From: a virus
IMG/VR virus record: IMGVR_UViG_3300048672_000512
Span: 1 to 64,000 of that record
Direction: 5' to 3' (one strand)
Length of the DNA: 64,000 nucleotides
Shown: piece after piece, positions 49,399-58,720 of the stretch
Position numbering within the stretch: the first letter of the stretch is position 1
Layout of the letters: each line of letters begins with the position of its first letter
Notes under the pieces: generated by a model
Told to the model about the DNA's origin: nothing
The model's database searches: none
The model's input: only the letters and a program-made list of their open reading frames with translations
Made by a program: the position numbers and the translations under genes

Positions 49399-50412
49399 AT
49401 GCCAAATGCAGGAAGTCAAACTAGTCAGACTAGTCACGATGTAACGATACGCAAGATGTTGGATGGGTGCGAGCTTCTTGTAGACGCTTACAGCCTGACT
49501 TGCGTGGATCCAGTCGTACCGTCGCCGCACGGAGCCTCCTATATGTTTGTGGATGGCACGTGGGTAGGCGCTAGTACAAGCATAACCGGAACCGTTGGAC
49601 GCAAAGCGCGTGTTATTCCACACCAAGGATCAGCACCGCCGCGTTCAAACATCACAACAGAAGTCCTTGCAACAGGAGCAAATACAAACTGCACCGTTGA
49701 AGTATGTATTCCAGGTCAGCTATGGTGGCATGGTCAGAGCATAGAGTTTGCTATTGAACCGTTTTCAGTTCTTGTTCTATCAATGACTGGTACTGGAAAG
49801 TGCGATCTGAGAATCACTGGAAGTGGCTACCAGTCCGTAACAAGCGGGCTTGGTGGCTCTGCTCGCTACAACGTATCTGCAAACAATCCACGAATCACAG
49901 ACATTCGCTCCGGCCCAGCTGTTCATACGTTCACTGCGGGTCAGGCTGGTATGGTGATTGTTCTGTGCTATGACACAATGCTGATAGTGGGACCACCAAC
50001 AGCACCTGCGGGCACGATAACGCATAGCTTCCAGCCAGTAAGCTCCAGCACATACACTGGATATAAAGGCGCTGCGTCATCTACTACTGTCAAGACGGAA
50101 GACAAGGTAAAGATCAACCTTGATAAGCTACCGTCGCATATTAAAGACAGGTATAACGCTACTATTGTTAGAAAGCTGCAAGAGTACATAACAGCGTACG
50201 AGACTGGATCTGGAATTACGCTTGTGCCAAATACCATGTCAGTAACGCAGAGTAAAGATGACCCGCCTCGCACGTTTCATGCTTCCTTTCGTTCTCATGG
50301 ATACGACAAAGAAGTGTTCAATGGACTAGACGCCTTTCTTCTTGTGAAGGGTTATGCAGGAAGTAGATACGACGTTGCTTCCTCCCTGATAGATCTTGAC
50401 TTTGAGGTGTGA
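49399..50412 (+). CDS. Hypothetical protein inserted between the polymerase halves
   Basis: 337 aa with GGAG SD; no intein or homing-endonuclease motif recognised. Confidence 0.75.
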   Translation: MPNAGSQTSQTSHDVTIRKMLDGCELLVDAYSLTCVDPVVPSPHGASYMFVDGTWVGASTSITGTVGRKARVIPHQGSAPPRSNITTEVLATGANTNCTVEVCIPGQLWWHGQSIEFAIEPFSVLVLSMTGTGKCDLRITGSGYQSVTSGLGGSARYNVSANNPRITDIRSGPAVHTFTAGQAGMVIVLCYDTMLIVGPPTAPAGTITHSFQPVSSSTYTGYKGAASSTTVKTEDKVKINLDKLPSHIKDRYNATIVRKLQEYITAYETGSGITLVPNTMSVTQSKDDPPRTFHASFRSHGYDKEVFNGLDAFLLVKGYAGSRYDVASSLIDLDFEV

Positions 50413-51354
50413 ATGACAACCGAAACAGAGTCACCTAAAGCAAAACTCGCAAGGCTGCGCACCGAGCTGAAAGACATAGACAGCAAGATAGAAGAGATTG
50501 AGGCAAAGGATTGGAAAGCGTTTGCGCAAGAAACCGTTGAAAAGTTCTATGGTGAGTTTGACGCTACGCATCACTATCTGGAAAACTGCGCTGACCACAT
50601 TCTGACAGACATGCACATCATGTCTCCAGTCGGGCGACGACGTAACATGTGGCGAGTTCTTACCGGGCGTCCCGGTATTCTTGCAGCTGCGCAGCGTCGA
50701 GGCAAGAACGCTCCGATTCAAGGCTTTGCTTCCGAGCTTGGTTGTGCAGCGGGTACGCTCATTATTGAGGAGCTTTATCTCTTTCTTCGACGCACACGTA
50801 AGTGGAATTGGCAGTTTCTGAATGACGTTGGTTTGTCTGTGATCGGCTACCTTCTGTCTCTGTACAACCGAGCGGTTCATGACGCTAACTATTACACGGT
50901 TCGCTACGAAACCATGATTCCACACATTCATATCATGCAGCACCAAGCCACCTACGGCGTAGCTCGCTGGTATGAAGAAAACTTTGACATCAAGTTCAAC
51001 GTAGACCCGGAAATCGAACTTGACTTCTCGGCTACTGCCGACAAGACGCACACATGGAACTGGGCGCTACACGGAACCGATGGCATAAAGACCAGTGGTG
51101 ACAGCCTGGATACGTGCCTGTTCAATTCTCTTGTTGATCAAGTGAAGCTGAAACAGATCACCAGCTCCAAGGAACTCAAGAGAATTGTGAAGGTGATCTG
51201 TGCACCCTGGGAAGATCAGGAAATGCGTGACTACCTGAATCAGAAGTACCCACTGTTGGGTGTCACTGATCTTGATACACAGATTGAAGGTTTCCTTGAA
51301 TCGTTCAACGCAAAGATTCAGGCCTTCTGTTCCGAACCAAAGAACTTTGAATAA
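50413..51354 (+). CDS. polA: Family A DNA polymerase, C-terminal part (motif C)
   Basis: SPVGRRR, QRRGKNAPIQGFASE, motif C VHDA; own SD GAGGT. Confidence 0.9.
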   Translation: MTTETESPKAKLARLRTELKDIDSKIEEIEAKDWKAFAQETVEKFYGEFDATHHYLENCADHILTDMHIMSPVGRRRNMWRVLTGRPGILAAAQRRGKNAPIQGFASELGCAAGTLIIEELYLFLRRTRKWNWQFLNDVGLSVIGYLLSLYNRAVHDANYYTVRYETMIPHIHIMQHQATYGVARWYEENFDIKFNVDPEIELDFSATADKTHTWNWALHGTDGIKTSGDSLDTCLFNSLVDQVKLKQITSSKELKRIVKVICAPWEDQEMRDYLNQKYPLLGVTDLDTQIEGFLESFNAKIQAFCSEPKNFE

Positions 51355-51365
51355 GGAACCATGAA

Positions 51366-51536
51366 ATGTCTTTTCTTGACAACCTTCTCGGGTTAATCTT
51401 CCTCTCCGTTTTCTTTACGGTTTGGACGCTAGGCTTTGTAATCGCCAAGGGTTTTGCGGCATTCGCCTGTATTTTCCCGCCGTATGCCCTCTACGTTGTT
51501 GTGGAGTACGCATGGAATCATGTCCAGCTTTGCTGA
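51366..51536 (+). CDS. Small 56-aa membrane protein (not in the ORF track)
   Basis: MSFLDNLLGLIFLSVFFTVWTLGFVIAKGFAAFACIFPPYALYVVVEYAWNHVQLC; AAGGA SD. Confidence 0.65.
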   Translation: MSFLDNLLGLIFLSVFFTVWTLGFVIAKGFAAFACIFPPYALYVVVEYAWNHVQLC

Positions 51537-52551
51537 TGTAATAATCAACCAGCTGGAAAGGTATGCAGGTGAAAAGAAGATTGGCACAAAGTTCTCTTTC
51601 ATTCTGTGTCCTTTCCATTCTGAGTCAACACCGTCTGGTCGCATACGTCACGACCCTTCAAAAGACGGAATAGGTAACTTCAAGTGCTACGGGTGCGGGC
51701 GCAGAGCCAGCTGGAATGAGATAGCTGCAGCGTTAGGCTTACAGCAATTCAAGTCTGCAGGCGAAACGCTAGATGGAAGCGTACCGCACATTGACACCAC
51801 AAGGTACAAGGAACAATTCCTAGGCACCAGCACAGCATCGAACGTAGAACATGAAGATCTTCTGATGTTTGATCTGAGCCATTCTCTAGCAGAAGAGCTT
51901 GGGTTGAAAGACAATCAGTGGAGAGGGTACGATATAGACTGGTTGCGTGAAGCCGTGCAAGCTCGAATCTGCTACGCAGTAAAGGCAGAGCGTCACTATC
52001 TGTGGCTTCCAGTGATGATCAACTCAGAGGTAAAAGGCTACATCAAGGCTCAGTTTCACAAACCGTACTCCAAGAAAGTGCCTTCGTACCTGAACGCTCC
52101 TGGAAGCTGGTCGCTGACACACGGATTATTTCCTTTCGATCTTGCAGTCAGCACGATGCGAGAGCTGAACAGGAAAACAATGGTGCTGGTTGAGGGTCCG
52201 CGTGACGCGCTGCGACTTGTTCACTTTGGCATTCCTGCTGTATGCATTCTTGGTACGCATTCGTGGACGGATGCTAAAAGCAGGTTGCTTGAATTTGCGG
52301 GTGTTGAACGCGTAGTTCTAATGATGGACGGTGACGATGCCGGGCGTAACGCAACGTACCTGCTAACTAACGGGCACTATCCAGAGTCACCAGAGCAGAA
52401 AGTGTTCAACGGATTGGAGTCCGTGTTTGATCTGAAGACAGTGCGCCTATGGAACTTTGATGTACCTGAAGACTTTCCTGAGAAAGCTTTCGATCCCGGA
52501 AACATGCCAACCTCGCTTTTGAGAAAAGTAAAAGCGAACATGCTTGTTTGA
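51520..52551 (+). CDS. DNA primase (zinc finger plus TOPRIM)
   Basis: CPFH...H...CYGC; VLVEGPRDA; MDGDDAG. Confidence 0.85.
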   Translation: MSSFADVIINQLERYAGEKKIGTKFSFILCPFHSESTPSGRIRHDPSKDGIGNFKCYGCGRRASWNEIAAALGLQQFKSAGETLDGSVPHIDTTRYKEQFLGTSTASNVEHEDLLMFDLSHSLAEELGLKDNQWRGYDIDWLREAVQARICYAVKAERHYLWLPVMINSEVKGYIKAQFHKPYSKKVPSYLNAPGSWSLTHGLFPFDLAVSTMRELNRKTMVLVEGPRDALRLVHFGIPAVCILGTHSWTDAKSRLLEFAGVERVVLMMDGDDAGRNATYLLTNGHYPESPEQKVFNGLESVFDLKTVRLWNFDVPEDFPEKAFDPGNMPTSLLRKVKANMLV

Positions 52552-52564
52552 AACTGTGAATGCT
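52549..52564 (+). promoter_or_regulatory. Conserved intergenic motif, copy 3
   Basis: TGAAACTGTGAATGCT, identical to the copy at 25568. Confidence 0.65.
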
Positions 52565-52615
52565 TTTAGCAGTAATAACCACTTGCACAATTGAAACCAC
52601 TGAAAGGTAAACACC

Positions 52616-52924
52616 ATGAACCAAGATCAAACTCAAGAACAAGCAACTGACGAGATTCCTGCAAACTTGCTGGTGCTCGCTGAAGTGATGTACGGTGCAT
52701 ACTATAAAGAATCCGACTTGAAGGTTGTACCGTTTAGCGAGCTTACTCCGACACACCTTGACCGGTGGCTACGAACAGCAGAGGCCGCAGCAACGTTCGT
52801 GATTGGTAAAGTGTTTGAGGACGAGGAAGAAGTACTAGAAGCTACTCTGTCGGAAAACGCTGTAGACGAAGCCAATGTGGTTCCTGGTTGCGATAACAAC
52901 TGCCCAGGTTGCAGCTGCAAGTAA
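52616..52924 (+). CDS. Hypothetical protein
   Basis: 102 aa; AAAGGT SD. Confidence 0.7.
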   Translation: MNQDQTQEQATDEIPANLLVLAEVMYGAYYKESDLKVVPFSELTPTHLDRWLRTAEAAATFVIGKVFEDEEEVLEATLSENAVDEANVVPGCDNNCPGCSCK

Positions 52925-52934
52925 GGAGACACAA

Positions 52935-53429
52935 ATGAGCGAACACGAGAACGAGAACGATATCAGTGCTGAAGAAGGTTCTTCTCCACACTTTGAATAT
53001 GCTACAAACTTCCTGCGCATTGAACAGCAAAAAGAAGATCCTCTTGTGTACGAGGTCAGTTTCCTACCGGACCTGACAACGCGTCCGCATGTACACGGGC
53101 CTCTTCACTTCTGGCGAGAAGTAGTGCGTGCAATGCGAGAGCTTACTGGCGACAGTAGCTGGATCATTCGATATGCAAGTCAAATCGACGCCCAGAATGT
53201 GCCGGCTGCAAAGTCCTCGCATGCAAACACAGTGCTGCTTGACCTGATGGCCCCATATCGCAGTGTTGTCAAGGCCTTGCTTATCGGTGGAAAGGTGAAC
53301 TTGAGGATGTTGCCTCGTTCAGAACCTTACTTCTTCAAGTCTCGGGATGCTGTAAACGCAACGGCTAGCGCACGCCGTGCCTCTCGAAAGAACAGGCAGT
53401 CTCCTATCAATCAGCCAATTGAGGAATAA
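52935..53429 (+). CDS. Hypothetical protein
   Basis: AAGGAG SD before ATG 52935. Confidence 0.75.
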   Translation: MSEHENENDISAEEGSSPHFEYATNFLRIEQQKEDPLVYEVSFLPDLTTRPHVHGPLHFWREVVRAMRELTGDSSWIIRYASQIDAQNVPAAKSSHANTVLLDLMAPYRSVVKALLIGGKVNLRMLPRSEPYFFKSRDAVNATASARRASRKNRQSPINQPIEE

Positions 53430-53434
53430 ACAAT

Positions 53435-53731
53435 ATGTTCAATATCAAAACTAGCAAGTGGACACTGACAGTTTCCACGTGCTATGTTGAATTTTCTTGT
53501 GACCTGCGTCAGTATTCGGATGAAAACGCATACACAGCTATTCGTACTTCTGATGTAGCTGCTGTCCAAGTAGAGAAGACTCAACAGCAAACGGTTGTCA
53601 TCAAAAGCAAGATGCCTGACCGCCAGATCAGGGTGACTTTTGACAGCGCTGCAGCAGCAGCAAAGTATGCTGCTTACATTTCAACTGCCATCTTCACTTG
53701 TATCTATCCACCAGACATCGATCTGACATAA
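53435..53731 (+). CDS. Hypothetical protein
   Basis: GAGGA SD; 98 aa. Confidence 0.7.
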   Translation: MFNIKTSKWTLTVSTCYVEFSCDLRQYSDENAYTAIRTSDVAAVQVEKTQQQTVVIKSKMPDRQIRVTFDSAAAAAKYAAYISTAIFTCIYPPDIDLT

Positions 53732-53744
53732 ACACGTAAGAAAG

Positions 53745-53769
53745 AAAACGGGGCTTCGGTCCCGTTTTT
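53745..53769 (+). terminator. Intrinsic terminator with cUUCGg loop
   Basis: AAAACGGGGC-TTCG-GTCCCGTTTTT. Confidence 0.85.
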
Positions 53770-53785
53770 CACATCAGGAGTTCAA

Positions 53786-54451
53786 ATGAAATCAATCGCT
53801 GATGCGTATTCAGAGAAGGCTCGCATCCTTTCGGATGTCAACATTGCTATTGAAGCCGCCGTTCTTGGAAGCGAAAAGCTGCAAGCCGCAGTAGCAAGAC
53901 TCAAGGAAGTTCAACGCGACTACTTTGAATTGCTGATCGCTAAAGCTGACAAGCAGATTCCTCTAGACGTCACAGAGGAAACAACAATGGATCTTGCTGA
54001 CTTCATTCTGACGTCAAGCTGGATTCCTCAAATGGCGGATACACTGTTGCGTCAACGCAAGGCTGCGGCGAAAAAGCGAGCACGCAAGTTGTACTCAAGC
54101 TGTTTTCCAGACGCAATCGGTAACGAGTCAAAACGCGATCTTTTCGAGTTGCTGCGCAAGGCAACTCGCAACGGCGATCTTGAGCTGATAGCAATGGTCG
54201 AAGAGAAGCTTGGCGTGCTTAAAGATGACTCAGAGGTCTTTGTTGTGATCGAAGCTATCGATGCTCAAGTGCGCTTGATGCAAGGCTCAAAGCTGTTTGA
54301 CATTTGCCGTGGCTTCTACAGTGGAAGTCCCGCAGCAACAGATAGCTTGCTTAGTTTCGTCCTGGAAACTACAGCAGACATTCAGGCAAAGCTTCCGCTG
54401 CCAGTTGTAAAGTCTTCAGGTTTTGTGAATACCGAAGGTCACGGTTTTTAA
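53786..54451 (+). CDS. Hypothetical helical protein
   Basis: AGGAG SD; 221 aa. Confidence 0.75.
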   Translation: MKSIADAYSEKARILSDVNIAIEAAVLGSEKLQAAVARLKEVQRDYFELLIAKADKQIPLDVTEETTMDLADFILTSSWIPQMADTLLRQRKAAAKKRARKLYSSCFPDAIGNESKRDLFELLRKATRNGDLELIAMVEEKLGVLKDDSEVFVVIEAIDAQVRLMQGSKLFDICRGFYSGSPAATDSLLSFVLETTADIQAKLPLPVVKSSGFVNTEGHGF

Positions 54452-54470
54452 TCAGGAAAGGCTCAACATC

Positions 54471-55424
54471 ATGTCCATGAATACAAACGCAACCGCTGCT
54501 GATAGCGCCTCTAGCGTGCAAACAGCCTTCCCATTCTTTCGTGTGGAAGTTATCGAAGCAAGCGAGTTCGTTGATGAAGTTATCGGTATGTGGTCACCAC
54601 GACTGGTGACGATGCAGCTGACGTACCCTCGTTTCATTCATGCTGAGTTTCTGCGCCATCGCGTCTTCTCTCACAGCGTAAGCAGTAGCCGAGCTATTCC
54701 GGTTGCACGCATGCTTGCTGACATCAAGGCAAACCCTGCTTTCTTTACGCACATCGGAAAGAATCAGGCCGGCATGTCCGCAGCCGTTGAAGTTGAGGAT
54801 GACGTCAAGGCAAAATTCAAAGATGAATGGTTGGAGCTGTTGGAAATCACTTCCAAGTACGTCACGCGTTGGAGTGATGAATACAAGATTCACAAGCAGG
54901 TTGCTAACCGTGCAGCTGAACCTTGGCAGCTTATCAATCAGGTTGTGACTTCTACTGCTTGGGGTAACTTCTTCGAGCTGCGTTGTCATGAAGACGCTCA
55001 GCCCGAGATTCATGAACTAGCGCTGCTTATGCGAGACGCATACTACGAAGCCGATTTCAAACTATTGAGTGCTACCTCGAAGCACCAATGGCACCTTCCG
55101 TACATCAAGGAGTGGGAACGTGAGGCTTTCCATACTGATGCGCTGCTTCGCATGTCAACTGCGCGATGTGCTCGCTCCTCCTACAACAATCATGACGGAA
55201 CAAGCGCAACTTATGAGGAAGATGCAAAGCTTTTTAAGAGGCTGCTTGGATCGCGTCCGTTGCATGCTTCTCCATCAGAGCATCAAGCTACACCAGTGAA
55301 GTCTGTCAAGAACGGTCTTATGCGAAACCTGCTTGGGCTTCCGGTGCGAAACGACTATCAAATATCCAACCTTCAAGGCTGGAATCAACTTCGCCGGTTC
55401 GTTGAGAGTGGCGACTTCAGCTAA
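54471..55424 (+). CDS. thyX: FAD-dependent thymidylate synthase
   Basis: RHRVFSHSVSSSRAIP (RHRx7SxR), LR...AQPEI, HASPSEHQA. Confidence 0.92.
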   Translation: MSMNTNATAADSASSVQTAFPFFRVEVIEASEFVDEVIGMWSPRLVTMQLTYPRFIHAEFLRHRVFSHSVSSSRAIPVARMLADIKANPAFFTHIGKNQAGMSAAVEVEDDVKAKFKDEWLELLEITSKYVTRWSDEYKIHKQVANRAAEPWQLINQVVTSTAWGNFFELRCHEDAQPEIHELALLMRDAYYEADFKLLSATSKHQWHLPYIKEWEREAFHTDALLRMSTARCARSSYNNHDGTSATYEEDAKLFKRLLGSRPLHASPSEHQATPVKSVKNGLMRNLLGLPVRNDYQISNLQGWNQLRRFVESGDFS

Positions 55425-56088
55425 TCGCAAGTACGGCAAAAGGAACTTTAGCAAGAAAGGAAGCAGAACTTTCGGACCTAAAGTTCCAAAGCCGAGGCTA
55501 CTCAAACTTCAAAGCCTGATCGTGCAAAAGAAGAAGTTCAAGTATTTGTCGGATGAACTGATTCAGGCGTTTCTTCACGTGTTGAAGCGCTTTGATCTGG
55601 AGTCTGAAGTCAAGCGCATAGAAGCTGGTGCAGACCTGGAACCGTTCACGGCAAAAGGAACAAACCTTACGTACAGGCCATCGCTAGTTCACACTGCGCG
55701 TGACGGAACCGTGACTGTCTACATTGTAGGTTCACCATACGCCCTTGGATTGACGGATACGGGCGAACGCATGTGGTCTTATCACAGAATGTGGGCTCGC
55801 ATCTTTGCTGAAGACAAAGGCTTTGAAGTTACCACTGTTGTGGTGTCGCCTTTGACAAAGAAGCCAATGTACGGTTTCTTCGGTGTACCTCCTGCATGGG
55901 AACAAGCAAACCCGCAGTGGAACTATCGATCTGCAAAGCTAGCAGTTACTTCTATCAGAGAGGCACTAAAGGACGCAACCGACGCAGGACACACAAAAGA
56001 GGAACTTGTGAAGTTGAGGCAGAACCTTAGATTCTACAAGGATCTTATGGAACTAAACGCAAAACGCATGGAGAATACTGATGACTGA
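55333..56088 (+). CDS. Hypothetical protein (start uncertain, possibly GTG 55522)
   Basis: Long open frame filling the gap after thyX. Confidence 0.6.
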   Translation: MGFRCETTIKYPTFKAGINFAGSLRVATSANRKYGKRNFSKKGSRTFGPKVPKPRLLKLQSLIVQKKKFKYLSDELIQAFLHVLKRFDLESEVKRIEAGADLEPFTAKGTNLTYRPSLVHTARDGTVTVYIVGSPYALGLTDTGERMWSYHRMWARIFAEDKGFEVTTVVVSPLTKKPMYGFFGVPPAWEQANPQWNYRSAKLAVTSIREALKDATDAGHTKEELVKLRQNLRFYKDLMELNAKRMENTDD

Positions 56089-56506
56089 AGAAACGCCGAA
56101 AATTGGTGATGTCTGGTATCGATATGTTGATGACCAACGCATAGACGCCTACAATCAGGTAAAGATGCACGTGTCAGAGGTTGAGTATCGAGTTGTCAAG
56201 GTTACACTGAAAGGTGTTTGGCTAATTGACGATGAAAAGTCTCGTTATGGGTACGTGAAGAGCAGCTACGGTTTCATTCAAGGAAAACGCTTCGTACTTA
56301 CGGCAGCAAGAGTTCGCTTTGCCTATCCTACCAAGCAGCTTGCTATTGAATCGTACATAGCACGCAAGAAGAGTCAGATCGACTTGTGCTTGCGTCGCGC
56401 TGAACTTGCAGAAGCAGCTTTGAACATTGCCAAGGTCATTCAGATGGACCCGTCTGTGCGCCCTTACGCAACTGTCACCTCTGCATATCGTCTTGATCTT
56501 GAATGA
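56081..56506 (+). CDS. Hypothetical protein
   Basis: GGAG SD; 141 aa. Confidence 0.75.
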   Translation: MTEETPKIGDVWYRYVDDQRIDAYNQVKMHVSEVEYRVVKVTLKGVWLIDDEKSRYGYVKSSYGFIQGKRFVLTAARVRFAYPTKQLAIESYIARKKSQIDLCLRRAELAEAALNIAKVIQMDPSVRPYATVTSAYRLDLE

Positions 56507-56516
56507 AGTGGTTAGT

Positions 56517-56813
56517 ATGACTACACGAAAAGTTGTGTGCTCTGCAATCAGGTCAGAGTCAGGAAAGCTGATGCTAGGTTTGCGCCACTACGGCGAAGAC
56601 ATGAAGGTTCAGCTTAACTTCAGATCCGATGCTTCTGATTTTACAAACAGGTGCGGAGCTGATCAGGGTTTTGTAGATCAGTACGGAGTCTACATGACAA
56701 GAGAAGAAGCCTGGCGGGTAGCGGTAGCCGCAGGGCAGATAAGCAAAGAGTGCGAAACCGCACGCGAAGCCTTTGCTGTACATTGCAAACTCTACAGTGA
56801 GGACTTGTACTGA
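56517..56813 (+). CDS. Conserved phage hypothetical protein
   Basis: VCSAI...G.RH...QGFVDQYG..MTREEA..VA..AGQ...LYSEDLY. Confidence 0.75.
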   Translation: MTTRKVVCSAIRSESGKLMLGLRHYGEDMKVQLNFRSDASDFTNRCGADQGFVDQYGVYMTREEAWRVAVAAGQISKECETAREAFAVHCKLYSEDLY

Positions 56814-56814
56814 A

Positions 56815-57060
56815 ATGAACAAATATCCTTCAATACGCCTGCTTATTGAACCGCGCACCGGAGAATCTATAAAAGCCTTTGTTGACGCTGCATTAGCTTT
56901 TGCAAATGACTACAACGTCGCTGTGACGGGGAAGTTCAATGGTGCAACTATGTATGTAAGTCCTGGAGCGTCTGCTGCTAGCATTGTAAAAGGTTTGGAA
57001 GAAGATTTAGCTATGCTAGCAAACTTGCGCCCCTCCGTAAGTTGGCCGAGCCTAAAATAA
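56815..57060 (+). CDS. Hypothetical protein
   Basis: ATG 1 nt after the upstream TGA. Confidence 0.65.
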   Translation: MNKYPSIRLLIEPRTGESIKAFVDAALAFANDYNVAVTGKFNGATMYVSPGASAASIVKGLEEDLAMLANLRPSVSWPSLK

Positions 57061-57070
57061 AGGAGTAACT

Positions 57071-57547
57071 ATGGACAACAAAGCTACCTACGTTCCGCAA
57101 GTTGGTGGAACTCATTACCAGTCTGACTATCAGGTGTGGGACTACTCTGCTGACGTGCATCTTGACCCTTACCGATTCAATGCTGTGAAGTATCTGCAGC
57201 GAGCTGGTCAGAAACCAGAAGTATCGGAGTTGCGCGATGTGATGGCAGCGCTATCCTATATGAAGAAGCTAGCTGTGCTGCTGAAGATGTCGGATCACTG
57301 CTCAAGAGGCTCTTTCTTCAGTATGTGGGCGGGTGTCGGCTCTATCCTTAGCAAGGAAGAAAAGACTCCTTTTACCGACAAGTTTGCTGACAGCAACAAA
57401 GTGAAGCCTGTGTACTTCAGCATCATTGTCGATATCGTCAATGTGATCGACAAGGACACACGTATTCTGGACTTCTATAATCGCTTGGAAGAGATTGAAA
57501 AGCGGTTGGAAGCCTGCGTTGCTTCTCTGCAAGAAGCCTATAAGTAA
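57071..57547 (+). CDS. DUF3310-like protein
   Basis: QVGGTHY...QVWDY...NAVKYL.RAG.K. Confidence 0.75.
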   Translation: MDNKATYVPQVGGTHYQSDYQVWDYSADVHLDPYRFNAVKYLQRAGQKPEVSELRDVMAALSYMKKLAVLLKMSDHCSRGSFFSMWAGVGSILSKEEKTPFTDKFADSNKVKPVYFSIIVDIVNVIDKDTRILDFYNRLEEIEKRLEACVASLQEAYK

Positions 57548-57558
57548 GGAAGCAAACC

Positions 57559-57960
57559 ATGAGCAGGCACACATACCAAATTTGTCAACTAACAGGTGAC
57601 TCGCTTAACTTAGCGGTTGCTATTGTCAGAGGTGAAAAACCGTACTTGGCAGTAGTGCGAAAAGGCTATAGCACAGCCGGAACTCGGCTCTTCGGACAGC
57701 ACGACGCCGAGTTCTTTCGTGACACAAGCAATAGGCACCTGAAAGCAGTAATTGCAAAAGACTACCGCAACGGGATGTGCTTGCTGGAGATGATTGAAGA
57801 GTTTGCAATCGGATGCAAGCGTATAGTTGATGCAACATGGGAAGCAGAGTCTGCAAAGCCTGTAGCTATAGAAAGAGGCAGCTCTTTCATAGAGGCGGTT
57901 TTGCGTTGTTATGTTGCTTGTCGCACTGGCTCCGAAACGTTAACGCTTGACATTGTTTGA
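57559..57960 (+). CDS. DUF2591/NinX-like phage protein
   Basis: LTG..LN.AVA...G...I...AVLRCYVA...G. Confidence 0.55.
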   Translation: MSRHTYQICQLTGDSLNLAVAIVRGEKPYLAVVRKGYSTAGTRLFGQHDAEFFRDTSNRHLKAVIAKDYRNGMCLLEMIEEFAIGCKRIVDATWEAESAKPVAIERGSSFIEAVLRCYVACRTGSETLTLDIV

Positions 57961-57990
57961 ATAACCGCCGTAACGGCAAAGGACTACGCA

Positions 57991-58641
57991 ATGGGATGCT
58001 CTATTGAAATGCCGAAGTACGTGTGCCACAAAGAAGTGTGGGCTTTGAAAATAGCTAACATTGTTCCGGCGCAAATGCGTCTAGACAGTTCGCCTTATGA
58101 CGGTAAGTGGTTGCTCATTCCAGAAGACAAGCAATACGGTCCGATAGAGGTCGATCACCTTGAATACTACGTCAAACACAAACCGCAAGCCGGTGGTTAC
58201 TACGTTCAGTACAAGGGAGGTTACGAAAGCTACAGTCCAGCGGATGCCTTTGAAGAAGGCTACACACGCAAGACACCTGTAGAAACCCTCAACGCACGGA
58301 AAGCAACAGTGATTCGTGAAATCGAAATTGAAGCGTTGATCCAAGCTAAGAGGTTGACACGTCCGCGCCTTACTCCGGCAGACATCGATGCCACAATCAA
58401 AGCCGAGACGTACACAACTTTACCAAGTGGCAAGGTGATGGTGTGCGAGTTGACTCTTTGCAATGGATTCACGGTGCGTGGAGAAGCAGCTGTAGTTAGC
58501 AAGGGCAACTTCAATGAGGAAATTGGTCGCAAGATCAGCCGTGAAAACGCCCGCAGCAAAGTGTGGGAGCTGGAGGGCTATCTGCTGCAACAGAGGCTGT
58601 ACGAAGATGTAGTTGAAGAACAGGCTACAAAACTTCCTTGA
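57991..58641 (+). CDS. Two-domain protein with a C-terminal gp49/gp66-family domain
   Basis: GGYYV.Y..GY.SYSP..AFE.GY followed by L.NGFTV.GE...VS..NF..EIG..I..ENA..KVWELEGY. Confidence 0.7.
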   Translation: MGCSIEMPKYVCHKEVWALKIANIVPAQMRLDSSPYDGKWLLIPEDKQYGPIEVDHLEYYVKHKPQAGGYYVQYKGGYESYSPADAFEEGYTRKTPVETLNARKATVIREIEIEALIQAKRLTRPRLTPADIDATIKAETYTTLPSGKVMVCELTLCNGFTVRGEAAVVSKGNFNEEIGRKISRENARSKVWELEGYLLQQRLYEDVVEEQATKLP

Positions 58642-58720
58642 CTGCTAGGGTGCGAACTGGCCGCACACCACAACAGCGCCCACCATTTTTTGTGTAGTAA
58701 ACACAACCGGAATAAACACC

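Noticed and set aside
49366-50412. Group I intron, split intein or ribosomal bypass joining the polymerase halves
   Set aside because: An ORF fills all but 33 nt of the gap, no intein termini are present, the second half has its own SD, and 1 kb is far beyond known bypass gaps. RT-PCR is still needed for a formal exclusion.
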